64,000 nucleotides of DNA from Eledone cirrhosa (taxonomy: Eukaryota), in the NCBI GenBank assembly GCA_964016885.1, contig OZ024754.1, positions 20,336,001-20,400,000 on the forward strand, given 5' to 3'. Within the stretch, counting starts at the first letter, position 1. Each line of letters begins with the position of its first letter. Both the position numbers and the translations under genes were made by a program. Positions 26,700 through 40,366 of the stretch are shown one piece after another. The notes below the pieces were generated by a model, which worked only from the letters and a program-made list of their open reading frames with translations, was not told where the DNA came from and did no database searches.

Positions 26700-29600
26700 A
26701 TGTAAGGACTCCTCTTTATTTCATACGCGGATGGCTAACATAACCCCATCTCCCTCACCCCCTCCCTACACCTCCAACCCATCCCTTCCACCCACCAAAC
26801 GAAATCCAAAACTTCAGAGTTGGTACCATGAATGTAGGCACTTTAAAAGGTCGCTCTAACGAGGTTGTAGAGATGCTTGAACATTGCGTCCAAGAGACTA
26901 GGTGGAGGGGTGGGTCTGCTAGATTCATTGTGGGTAAAAAAACAATGCTATAAACTTTTCTGGGTGGGAAATGAAAATGGGCTGGGTGGAGTAGGAATTG
27001 TGTTAGCAGAAAAATGGGTAGATAAGGTAATTGACGTAAATAAAGTGAACGACAGAATAATCAAAGTAAGACTCGTCCTAAATAGAACTACTGTGACAAT
27101 AATATCCGCTTAAGCACCCCAATCTGGACTGCCAGGCGTTATAAAAAGACAGATTCTATGAGTCGCTAATGCTCACTACCTCCCAAATAACCGACAGTGA
27201 CTACATACTTATTGCTGGCGGCCTAAATGGTCATGTTGGACAACATTGTGATGGCTATGACGGAATCCATGGAGGCTACGGGTTTGATACCAGAAATGAG
27301 GAAGGCTTCAGAATCCTGGAATTCTCTGACGCTAATAACCTAACTATCTGTAACACAAACTTCAAAAAACGAGACAATCACTTGATCACCTATAGATCAG
27401 GAGAACACGCCAATAAGATAGATTATATCCTTACCAGAAGACGTGACAAAGTGTCTGATGTAAACACTAAATCCCTCCCCCGCGAAGAATGCACCTCCCA
27501 ACATAGCCTCATAGTTAGTGACCTCATAGTCAAGACGAGACGTACTCGACAACAGAGGAGGACTACCCTGAGAAGAAGAATATGGAAGTTAAAGGACCCC
27601 ACAGCCAGTAACAAATTTAAAAGCATGTTACTTGATGCTTTTGACAGTAAGGAAGAGCAATTAGAGACGTGCAGTATAGAGGAACAGTGGCAATTCCTGA
27701 AAGTTAACCTGCTGAAGGCGACAGATGAAATCTGTGGCTGCAGCAGACCTATAGGCAGGAGGAGAGTAACATGGTTGTGGAACAGTAAGGTGGAGGAGTC
27801 AATCTAGGCCAAAAAGCAAGCTTGGAAAGTATGGCGGGATGGGGAAGTAGAGAAGACTATCAAGTGGCCAGGAGGGAAGCTAGGAGATGAGACAAGTGTA
27901 CATTGCAAGAAGGGAAGCAGAGGAAAGAAAGTTCAAGCATGTTCTACAACGTGAGGACCAAAAATGTGAGGTCTTCAGGATTGCTAGACAATGTGTCAAG
28001 GAAAACCGTGATATTGTCGGGGAGAAGTGTGTCCGTAATGATGATGGTATACTTGCCATCACTGACACTGATAAGAAGGTAGCTTGGAAGTGTCACTACA
28101 AGAGGCTACTAAATGAGGAGAATAAATGGGAAAAAGATAGTCTGCCCCAAATCGATCCAATAGAGGGAGCAGCAGTGCTAGTTGAAGGTAGTATAATAAG
28201 TAAGGAAATCAAAGATATGAAGACAGGCAAGGCAGCTGGGTCTTCGGAGATAGTTGCTGAAATGCTGAAAGCATCTGGATCGGTGCGACATATTGTGGTC
28301 ACCCGGATAGTAAACCAAGTCATACAGAATGGGGTCATACCAAATGACTGGCGTAGCAGCATCATCATTAACTGCTACAAGGGTAAAGGAGATGCCTTAG
28401 ACAGGGGAAACTATAGAGGCATTAAATTAATTGACCAGGTCATGAAGGTCACAGAAAAAGTTATAGCGCAACTAATCAGAGAGCGAATTGATCTAGATGA
28501 AATGCAGTTTGGGTTTGTGTCAGGTAAAAGTACCACAGACGCTCTTTTCATTGTACGACAACTACAGATGTACCTAGCTAAAAGTAAACCCCTATACTTA
28601 GCTTTTGCTTGACAGAGTCCCCCGCTCCATTATCTGGTGGGCTCTTAGAAAACTAGGTGTTGATGAATGGCTTGTGAGAGCTATACAAGCCATGTATACA
28701 GAAACAGTCACCAAGGTTAGAATTAACAACGAATATAGTGAAGAATTTAGCGTAAAAGTTGGTGTTCATCAGGGCTCTGTCCTTAGCCCCCTCCTATTTA
28801 TTATTGCCCTTCCGGCTATAACAGAGGAGTTCAAGACCGGCTGCCCATGGGAACTTCTATATGCAGATGATCTAACGCTCATAGCTGAATCAATGGCTGA
28901 ACTAGAGAAGAAATTCCAAACATGGAAGCATGGCCTAGAATCAAAAGGCCTTAAAATTAACTTGTCTAAGACTAAAGTTCTAGTCTCTAGGAAAGAAAAT
29001 AGGGCACTGGTCCCCTCTGGGAAATGGCCATGCTCAGTGTGTAGGAAAGAAGTAGGCAGAAACTCCATTTTATGTCCCAAATGCAAAGTATGGGTGCATA
29101 AAAGATGTAGTGGGATCACAGGTAAGCTAACTAAGAACATAGATTTTATATGTGGCCGGTGCTCAGGTGCAATAAGTAGTAGCAAGTGCCCACAGGATAC
29201 TAGCTCCTTCCATTACCCAGATGGTTCTATAGAAATAGTGGACACCTTCCGTTACCTGGGTGACAAAATCAGCAGTGGTGGAGGGTGCTCTGAAAGTACA
29301 GTAGCCAGAGTCAGAACGGGATGGAAAAAGTTCAGAGAGCTTATACCACTATTGGCCGGAAAAAGGTTTGTCTCTAAAAATGAAAGGTAGACTGTATGAT
29401 GCCTGCATACGAACAGCAATGTTACATGGCAGTGAGACATGGGCATTGTGTGCAGAAGATCTGCGCAGACTGGAGAGGAATGAAGCTTGCATGCTCCGTT
29501 GGATGTGTAATAGTAATATACGTGAACGGCAAAGCATAAATGAACTAAGTGAGAAATTAGGAATAAGAGGGATCAGATGCTGTTTACTCGAGAGAAGACT

Positions 29601-30165
29601 ACGTTGGTATTGTCACGTGATGCGCATGAAAGACAACAGCTGCGTAAAGAAAAGTGCAGGGCGATCAAAATTGATGGAAGCTACGGAGTAGGCAGACCCA
29701 GAAAAACCTGGGACCATTTGATAAATTCCGACCTTACACACTTACACCTCTCCAAGATAATGTCACTGGACCGAGATCTTTGGCGCTACGCAGTAATACA
29801 GAAGTCCCGCCTTGCCTAAGTACAAAGCGAAACCTACAGTCAGTAGGCACCTCTTAACCAAAAATGCACCCCCATCCCACAACCCCTACCCCTATCTACA
29901 CCACCCCTTTCTCTGTAAAGTTATGTTGGTACCACTACATCCAGTCCTAAATAAATGAGGTCGTGTAGGTGTCACGACAAAAAAAACACACAGTCCACAC
30001 TGTAATGTGGTTGGTGTTAGGAAGGGCATCCAGCCGTAGAAAACCTGCCAGACAGTCCTATACGAGCAAGTCAACCAATCTTCCCTCAAGTGGGACAATT
30101 CCCGTCTAAATCCATGCTAGCGTGGAAGATAGACGTTAAAGGATGATGATGATGATGATGATGAT
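26700..30165 (+). mobile_element. RTE-clade LINE, near full length, disrupted (APE + RT with PHD-like insert; (GAT)n tail)
   Basis: VGTMNVGTL, QETRW, GGLNGHVG, IDYIL, SQHSLIV (APE); YKGKGD..NYRGIKL, QFGF, GVHQGSVLSPLLF, LLYADDL, FRYLG, HGSETW, GRPRKTW (RT); frameshifts and stops. Confidence 0.95.
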
Positions 30166-30310
30166 AGTTATAATAATAAATGTGAAGACTAAAATACAAA
30201 GAGGGCTCGATAAGGATAAATATATATTAAATATATAAGAACCCTAGAGTTTCAGAAGATCCCGTTAAGGGTGTAAGCAGCGATTATTTGCTTAAATTTT
30301 AATATATAGA

Positions 30311-30391
<81 letters not shown>

Positions 30392-30554
30392 TTGTTATTT
30401 ATTTTGTTTTGAACTGTTTAGCTTGATTTGGTTTTTGGCTCGGGTGGTTAATGCCTTCTTGACCACCTTTTCAGTTTTGTATGGCTACTTAACACATTGT
30501 TTAGCTCTGGTTTTTAACTATTGAGCACTTTGCCAGTATCATTGATGAAGCAGG

Positions 30555-31623
30555 AAAAATGCAACTTTTCACCTAATGCGGGCGCTAGGGCATCAAGAAA
30601 TTATGTGCATAATATACCTTGAATTTTCGGGAATATTGGCTAGACGTAACGCCTCAAAAAAGCCCTAAAAAGCTGAAGTTTCTCACCTAATGCGGGCCCT
30701 AGGCCATAAAAAAGTTGGATTTTCTTTGCTCACGGTATGAAGAAGAGACTGACTAATACATAGTTACAATTTAAAGGAAATTTGTCTGACGTAACGCCTC
30801 AAAATACCCCTAAAAATCTTTTAAAAAAACGCAGTTTTTCACCTAATGTGGGCCCTAGGGGATCAAAAAGTTGAATTTTTTTATGTGCATAACACTCCCT
30901 GAGTAACTTTTGTTCTCGTAAAGGCACGTAAGTAAGCAACACTGTGAAAACTGAAGCTATTATAGCGATGTTTTTCTTTACCGGCTTTAATGTTTAGTGT
31001 TGTGTGAAATATATAACCTGCAAACCTGATTTTTGAATCGCAGCAGGATCGACTTTATTTCACTAGCTCCACTAAAAGTTGTATTTTCTTTGCTCACGGT
31101 ATGAAGAAGAGACTGACTAATACATAGTTACAGGCTTCCATGTTAGGCGTTGTGTGAAATATATAACTGCCTTAGCTAAGCTTAGTATTGCCACAACCAC
31201 GGCTGGCAAAGAAGTAAGGGTCTGGTGGTACGTAAGTAAGCAACACTGTGGCTTAAAACGTGAGGAAGAAGTTGTGTGCACTTACCAACTGTTTGGGGAA
31301 TGAGTGTGAGATTTGTCTTGAGCAAGGGTGGCAGAATAACCGGATGCAGCAGACAGTCAGACATACAGACAGATATTATAAGGGCGCGACGTTATATGTA
31401 TGTATCTATCTAAAAAGAGAAAGACTAAGAATTATGAGAGAGATCGCTAAATCGCCTAATGCGGTCCCTAGGGCATGGAAAGTTTGAAATTGTTTTTGCT
31501 CAGAACACTCCTTGAAACATAAGTATTACATGTGTAAAGTTTGAAAACAGTCGGTTGGGTGCTTCTCGAGTTTTAGGGATTCAAACTCACACACACACAG
31601 ACATCCTCAGTTTTATATATAGA
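30555..31623 (-). mobile_element. Non-autonomous Helitron (family of 19951-20838)
   Basis: Minus strand starts TCTATATATAAAACTGAGGATGTC; long reverse matches to 19955-20640; internal CACCTAATGCGGGCCCTAGG repeats. Confidence 0.8.
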
Positions 31624-31629
31624 GAGAGA

Positions 31630-31734
31630 TATGTATAAATATATATAATATATATATAAATATATATATAAATATATAAAATATATATTATATATATATA
31701 TAATATATTATATATATATGTATATATATATATG

Positions 31735-31781
<47 letters not shown>

Positions 31782-31796
31782 GTATATATATATATG

Positions 31797-31841
<45 letters not shown>

Positions 31842-31857
31842 TATATATATAATATAT

Positions 31858-31888
<31 letters not shown>

Positions 31889-32549
31889 GTATATATATTA
31901 TATATATAATATATTATATATATATATATATATGTATATATATAATATATTATATATATATATGTATATATATTATATATATAATATATTATATATATAT
32001 ATGTATATATATAATATATTATATATATATATATGTATATATATTATATATATAATATATTATATATATATATGTATATATATAATATATTATATATATA
32101 TATGTATATATATTATATATATAATATATTATATATATATGTATATATATATGTATATATAATATATTTATAAATATATAAAATATATATTATATATATA
32201 ATATATTATATATATATATGTATATATATATGTATATGTATATATATATGTATATATATTATATATATAATATTATATATATATATATATATATGTATAT
32301 TTATGTATATATATTATATATATAATATATTAGATATATATATGTATATATAAGTATATATATTATATATATAATATATTATATATATATATGTGTATAT
32401 ATATTATATATATAATATATATGTATATATATGTATATATATTATATATATAATATATTATATATATATATGTGTATATATATGTATATATATATATGTA
32501 TATATATTATATATATAATATATATATATGTATATATGTATATATATGT
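31630..32549. repeat. (TA)n-derived array with TTA/TAA/GTA variants
   Basis: Direct; same variant style as 37267-38670. Confidence 0.97.
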
Positions 32550-32907
32550 ATTAGTTTAGCGAGGTTTTTTATATGAAATCGTGTGTCGAAACAAATATTG
32601 TGATACTTGGGGAGGGTCATATTTGTGTAATATTGCCAGTAAATAAAATAAAATAAAATAAAATAAGATAAATAAATACATACACAAGCACAATAACAAC
32701 AAGCACATAAACACACACTAGTCACCCAGCAGACACAACACTATACACACTAGTCACACAGCAAACGTAACACTATACACACACGCAAACGTATGCGCAA
32801 AGAAGACAAAATAAAATAAACAAACAAGCAAATAAATAAATAAATATATAGACAGACTGAATAAAAAATGGCGTAGACATACAATGCAACAGGAGGAAAA
32901 GATATAA

Positions 32908-32950
32908 TACCACTGACGATGTTGCAGATGCGCAACGAAAGATTTATGTA
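32908..32950 (+). ncRNA. Minimal hammerhead motif in the left pLTR (copy at ~37014-37056)
   Basis: CTGACGA-TGTTGC agatgc GCAAC-GAAA-gatt-TA-TGTA; weak helix I. Confidence 0.65.
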
Positions 32951-33123
32951 AATTATGTAAACTATATATATGTGTTTGTGTCTATATTGTATCTGTATTA
33001 TTTTTGACCGTCGGTCAGTCAATGGCAACATTGAGGACCGATTAAGTTAGATCGCAGCGAGTAGCGAAAACCAACCAAACAGTGAGTGTGTTCTGTTATT
33101 AATTCTGGCAATATTACACAAAT

Positions 33124-36100
33124 ATGACCCTCCCCAAGTATAACAATATTTGTTTCGACACACGATTTCATATAAAAAACCTCGCTAAACTAATTCATCG
33201 CCGCTACGGCATTAGCTTGTGCCAAGCTGAAAGGTTATTGAAAGACACTGTTTTCTGTTGTATAAAAACTACAATAACAACAGAACAAATCCGCTTCTTA
33301 AAACACTGTGTTTCCTCCAAAACATACACAACAAACATATCAAAACAAGTAAATAATTTATTATTGAACAAAACACAAGCCGAACGACTAAAACACACAA
33401 TAACAGTTAATATGAAAAGAACAACATACACAAAAGTCAACGCACTCTACAGACAGAAACGCATTAACGGTAAAGAAATCCGAAATCTCATCACACCAAA
33501 CGAGAGAGATAACTTCATGAGCGCCATCAGACGTGAAACGAAATACGCTCAAAACGAATGCAATAGGCATTTCAAGAAGAAATTAGAATGGATGAATAAG
33601 AAAAAACTACAAGAAAGGAAAACCGAATATTCTCAAAAATACCCAGATAACATCGACAATATCCGTATGACTGATGTAAAACTACCGGAAGAATTTACCA
33701 ATGACCACACAGTAAATATCTATGGGAACACTTTAATCAGTGAACAAGAACAACAAATCCTACGGTTACCACCAAAATTTGCCATCTACAAAAAGATTAA
33801 CCCTATGGAGTGCAAAACGGAACTGGAAAAGTGTTTCACAAAAATACGTTGGAATGCAAAGCTAAACAACAACAACAATAATAACGGTAGTAGTAATATA
33901 AACAATAACTCTGGGTATAGAAATAACAGCCATAACCATAACAATGACAGGAAAGTGAGAAATAGTGATAATGGTAATAATACTAGCGATAGACAGAACA
34001 ACAACAACCACAATAATAATAATAATAGAAACATTAACCACAGACACAGCAGCAGCGACCACAGTAGTAATAACGGTAACAATACGAACAACAACAACAA
34101 TAACCACAGTGGTAATAATGGAAATAGTACATGTAGCAACATCAACAAAAACAAGAAACATAATAATAGTAACAACCACAATGGTAGAAATAACAGTAAC
34201 AACAACAACAATAACGGTGAAGTAAACAACAATACATCTAGCAATCATAACAATAATAATAATGCTAATGATAGAAACAACAACCACCCTGATAACAACA
34301 ATAGCAACACACACAACTATGACGATAGATATAATGACAACCCCTTAGAGAAACTATTTTTCAACCCAGCTGACAAAACATATAAGATGGGTAATATCTA
34401 TCCTACGAGGTTACCCTTTAATAAAAGAGTTTGCATACCACAGCAAATAGATGACGAGACAGAGGCACAGTTCACCATAGCTAGAAATAAGATTAGACAA
34501 GTAGTAGACAGGTATACTAAGAGACAGAGCAGACCAGAGGCCCAACAACTTGGGAGGAAACCTGTAGAAGGCTTGGTTAGCCTCAAGCAGCGCACAAGGG
34601 ATGGTGAGGTAGTGTGTCTACCCACAGATAAGTCTGGTAGGATGTCAATAGATAGCATGCCGAACTACATCGAGGCTATGCAACCCCACATCACCAACAC
34701 GAGCGAAGTTGCACAACAAACACACGATGGGAGAGAAAAAATCCTCAACGCTCACATGATGATGTGGACTGACATCCTAAAGCCAAGCAGACGCACTGCC
34801 AACAACTTCCAGGCGTCTAACAATGGCATACCACCCTTGTACGGGCTCCGCAAAGACCACAAGACAGTCGACGACCCGACAACAGGACCATCAACAAGAC
34901 CCGTATGCGGAGTTAATATAGCTAGCAACTACAGGATCTCCTACTTCCTCTCGATGGTTATACGCCCCATAATCAAGATGTCCCCAGATGTATGTGAAAG
35001 TACAGAGGACCTCCTCAGCAGAATCAGTGAGTGCAACAAAAACAGGAGCCTATCCAACTGCATAATAGGCAGCATGGATGTGGTGTCACTGTACCCATCC
35101 ATTAACATTGATTTTGCTGTGAAAAGATGTGTGGAGATGATCATCGAGAGTGAGGTGGAGTTCTGCGACGTCGACACAGACGAACTGGGCCTCCTACTTA
35201 GACTTACCTACGACACTGACTACCTAGACAGCCATGACCTTAGATGTTTCTGCCCTAGTAGACCTATAAGAGGTAGACCCCCACCATAACCTCAATGGCA
35301 AAAAAGAATCCCATGGGAAGGTGGATTGGGTGGACCAAAGCTATACGGACCCCCCAAAACAATGATCAGGTAAGAAAAATGGTCGCACATGCAATAGGGG
35401 CTAGTATCAAAACTACCCTAAAGGGCCACATATTTAAGTTCAATGAGAAAATCTACACCCAAAATGAGGGAGCAGCCAATGGCGTCAGCATAGCTGGTGA
35501 TGTTGCCAACCTTTTCATGGTATGGTGGGAAAGGAGACTTAAAGATCTCCTTAACGAAAGCTCCATAGACCTCATCATGTACTCTCGTTATGTAGACGAT
35601 ATCAATATAGTTATAAGAACACCCCCACTAGAGAGCACTAACAAGTTTGAATTAGAACGTAGCACGATGGAAAGCATCCAGCAGATAGCTAATTCCATAC
35701 ACCAGAGTATAACTGTAACTATCGACTTCCCTTCCAAACACCCTAACAATAGACTACCTGTATTAGACACAGAACTCTGGATTAACACTATAGACGAGGG
35801 AGCCCAAATTCTCCACTCACACTATGCTAAACCCATGGCCTCCAAATACCTGATACTCAAAAACTCAGCAATGTCCAGTAGTGCTAAGTTTAATATTCTG
35901 ATCGCAGATTTGGTACGAGTGATGAAGAATGTGTCCAGCATGTGCGACCCAACAGAAATGGAAAGACACATTCAACACTTCATCAACTGCATGCAGTTCT
36001 CTGGCTACAACCAAAGAGACAGAGTCAGAGTATACGAAGGAGCCATGGAAAAGTATAAGACCCTCATAGAATTGGACATGAAAGGAATTTGCCCATTATA

Positions 36101-36745
36101 CAGGAACAAATCATGGAATAGCTTAGATATGGCTAGACATAAGATAGGGAAGGCCACATCATGGTACGACAACCAGAGATATCAGAGTGTCATGTTTGTG
36201 GACGCCACCCCTGGAGGGAAATTAGCTAACCAGTGTAGAAAGGCCCTGAGAAAGACCCACTTAAAAATAAAGGTGGTAGAAAAGCCAGGAACCACCATAA
36301 AATCCATGATCAGCAAAACCTACCCCTTTAAGAAAACCCACTGTACCAATAGGAAATGTATCATATGTAAGGTGAACCCCCGGATAAACTGTAAAACTAG
36401 AAACGTAGTCTATAGCATAAGATGTACAGAGGGTACTTGCAGAAACATGACAACAACATACATAGGCGAAACAGCTCGTAGCATAGGTGAAAGGATAGAC
36501 CAACACTGGGGGAACTAAAAGGACGAAAAAACGGGTCAGTACTATACGAACATGCTAGACAACAACATGACGGTAACATAGACAACATAGAAATTAGAAT
36601 AATATCTAAACATAGGAATGACCCAGCAGATAGGCAAATCAGAGAGGCCAGTAAAATAGAAATTAGAAGACCAAAGCTAAACAGAAAGAATGAGTGGAAC
36701 AACAACAACACCCAAACAAACAACACTGACCTAAGAGAAGTATAA
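33124..36745 (+). CDS. PLE RT/GIY-YIG polyprotein with two apparent -1 frameshifts (~35280, ~36510)
   Basis: PTDKSGRM, TRPVCG, GSMDVVSLYPSI, GAANGVSIAG, YSRYVDD, LPVLDTELW, MQFSGY, CxxxxCxxC, VVYSIRC..YIGETARSIGERIDQH; collinear with the 51.2-54.5 kb copy. Confidence 0.9.
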
Positions 36746-37266
36746 ATAAGTAAATTAAATAAAATAAAATAAGATAAATAAATACATACACAAGCACAAT
36801 AACAACAAGCACATAAACACACACTAGTCACCCAGCAGACACAACACTATACACACCAGTCACACAGCAAACGTAACACTATACACACACGCAAACGCAT
36901 GCGCAAAGAAGACAAAATAAAATAAACAAACAAGCAAATAAATAAATAAATATATAGACAGACTGAATAAAAAATGGCGTAGACATACAACACAACAGGA
37001 GGAAAAAATATAACACCACTGACGATTTTGCAGATGTGCAACGAAAGATTTATGTAAATTATGTAAACTATATATATGTGTTTGTGTCTATATTGTATCT
37101 GTATTATTTTTGACCGTCGGTCAGTCAATGGCAACATTGAGGACCGATTAAGTTAGATCGCAGATATAAAAGACAGCGAGAAGCGAAAACCAACCAAACA
37201 TTGAGTGTGTTCTGTTATTAATTCTGGCAATATTACACAAATATGACCCTCCCCAAGTATAACAAT

Positions 37267-38670
37267 ATATATATGTATATGTATATATATGAATATATAT
37301 TATATATATATATATATGTATATATATTATATATATAATATATTATATATATATATATATAGGTATATATATATGTATATATAATATATATATAAATATA
37401 TATATGTATATATATAATATATTATATATATATATGTATATATATATGTATATATAATATATATATAAATATATATATGTATATATATGTGTATATATAA
37501 TATATATATAAATATATAAAATATATATATATGTATATATATGTATATATGTATATATATGTATATATATATATATGAATATTATATATATATATATATA
37601 TGTATATATATAATATATTATATATATATATATGTATATATATATGTATATATAATATATATATAAATATATAAAATATATATTATATATATAAAATATA
37701 TATTATATATATAAAATATATATTATATATATAATATATTATATATATATATGTATATATATTATATATATAATATATATATATGTATATATATGTATAT
37801 ATGTATATATATAATATATTATATATATATATGTATATATATATGAATATATATTATATATATAATATATATTATATATATATGTATATATATATGTATA
37901 TATATTATATATTATATATATATATGTATATATATATGAATATATATTATATATATTATATATTATATATATATGTATATATATGAATATATATATCATA
38001 TATATATTATATATATAATATATATATATGTATATATATGTATATATATTATATATATAATATATATATATGTATATATATGTATATATATTATATATAT
38101 TATATATGTATATATATATATATGAATATATATTATATATATAATATATTATATATATATATATGTATATATATTATATATATATATATATGTATATATA
38201 TTATATATATATATGTATATATATGTATATATATATATATGAATATATATTATATATATATGTATATATATTATATATATAATATATTATATATATAATA
38301 TATTATATATATATATATATATGAATATATATTATATATATAATATATTATATATATATATATATATCTGTATATATATTATATATATAATATATTATAT
38401 ATATATATATATATGTATATATATGTATATATAATATATATATAAATATATAAAATATATATTATATATATAATATATTATATATATATATGCATATATA
38501 TATATGTATATGTGTATATATATATATATATAGGTATATATATATGTATATATATTATATATATAATATATTATATATATATATGTATATATATGTATAT
38601 ATAATATATATATAAATATATAAAATATATATTATATATATAATATATATATAAATTATAAAATATATTA
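37267..38670. repeat. (TA)n-derived array
   Basis: Direct. Confidence 0.97.
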
Positions 38671-38863
38671 AGTTAAAAATGTACATCTACATATGCATAC
38701 TGAAATACTAGTATGCATATGAATACACACACGTATACATATGTAGATGTACCAAGTATTTCACTGGTTACTTTACTGTGAGTATCCAGCTATTCTGTAT
38801 GTAAACACACAGACAAACCGGTTTTTAGAGTCATACTGGTTTTTGAGGAAACACCTTTCCTCT

Positions 38864-38959
38864 ATTCTCCAGAAAGCCAGACAAGGAATATTGAACTAGT
38901 TTCGTTGTTGTTACAACTCATCAGCAATATTTACCTATCTACCGGCCTTTCTGGAGAAT
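38864..38959 (-). ncRNA. Type I hammerhead with extended helix I
   Basis: Minus strand AATATTG-CTGATGA-GTTG taacaa CAAC-GAAAC-TA-GTT-CAATATT, closed distally by ATTCTCCAGAAA/TTTCTGGAGAAT. Confidence 0.8.
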
Positions 38960-39129
38960 CGTAAAAGCACATATCGTTATATGCTTTTTCTATGAAAATT
39001 AGTAGTGGGCAGACTAATTTGCATAGAGTGTGAGTACGTACCGGTTCAACGGAGACGATAAAAACAAATAACGAAACGAAATTAAATTTCGTTTCGTTTG
39101 TAACTCACTGCTGAGGGAACACGTCCCAT

Positions 39130-40045
39130 CTGACTCGTCGGGTTTGTTGGAGAGGCATCTTCGCAGCGAAGGTCCTGTGTGGGCCAAATGTATGACATGG
39201 CTAATTTAACCATAGTGACCATTCACAGCCTACGGCCTGCTATCTTCACACACACGCACGTATATGCATACCCATACGCATACACACACTCACATCTATA
39301 TTTATACACGCACACATGTTTTTACAACCTACCACCTTTCACACCCTTTGATTTCCAGCTTCTACAGCCCACTATCTTTCACACACACACGCACTCACAC
39401 ATATACACACACAGTTACACACACATGTATACCCATACGCTTACACACACACATCTATATTTATACACGCACACATGTTTTACAACCTACCACCTTTCAC
39501 ACCCTTTGATTTCCAGCTTCTACAGCCCACTATCTTTCACACACACACACACTCACACATATACACACTTACACTTATACACACACAGTTACACACACAT
39601 ATATATTTACACACACATATCTTACGGCTTTCACACGCTAGCGCACCCTCTTGATTTAACCCATTTGGTCAGTAGCTTTTGCCACAGCCTATCACACGCA
39701 CGCTCATTCTTTCCCTCGTTTAAATTTTAAATAATTTTCTCCCCATAACGGCATTCCTGTCTTAACGACATCACAACTTTCTCCGCTTGGTCTGTCCCCC
39801 CCCCCCTTTGGAACTCTCCCCCGTTGATGGGCTTGAGCCCGAAATATTGGGATTAAATCTCCACTACGGTAACCCTTCTACCTTTGTTTTGTTTTCATCT
39901 TTGTCTCTCTCAATTTTCACTTTCACCTGTTTCTCCTATCTATCATTCACTTCCTACCTCGAGATTTCCCTCTGCATTGTTGTGGCTTTCTTAACTACGT
40001 ATTTTACACATTTCACAATGCTTCAAGCAAACTTTAACACCCTCT
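39130..40045 (+). mobile_element. Probable PLE 3' UTR/pLTR remnant with internal ~160 bp duplication
   Basis: 39285-39430 resembles 39445-39590; degenerate hammerhead TTGATG-GG cttgag CCC-GAAA at ~39824-39845. Confidence 0.5.
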
Positions 40046-40122
<77 letters not shown>

Positions 40123-40277
40123 GTATATATATACATATATATATATATGTATATATATACATATATATACATATATATATGTATATATATATATACATAT
40201 ATATGTATGTATATATATATACATATATATGTATGTATATATATATACATATATATATATGTATTTATATATATATG

Positions 40278-40318
<41 letters not shown>

Positions 40319-40335
40319 ATATATATATATATGTG

Positions 40336-40366
<31 letters not shown>

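Larger units (their letters stand above)
32550..37266 (+). mobile_element. Full-length Naiad-like PLE with direct pLTRs and a 90-bp 5' inversion
   Basis: pLTRs ~32640-33149 and ~36750-37266 (about 10 substitutions + a 12-bp indel). 32550-32639 is the reverse complement of 33105-33194. Confidence 0.93.

Noticed and set aside
39095-39160. Twister-like motif (TAAC..GTCCCA..GAGG)
   Set aside because: Could not form the required stems and pseudoknots.
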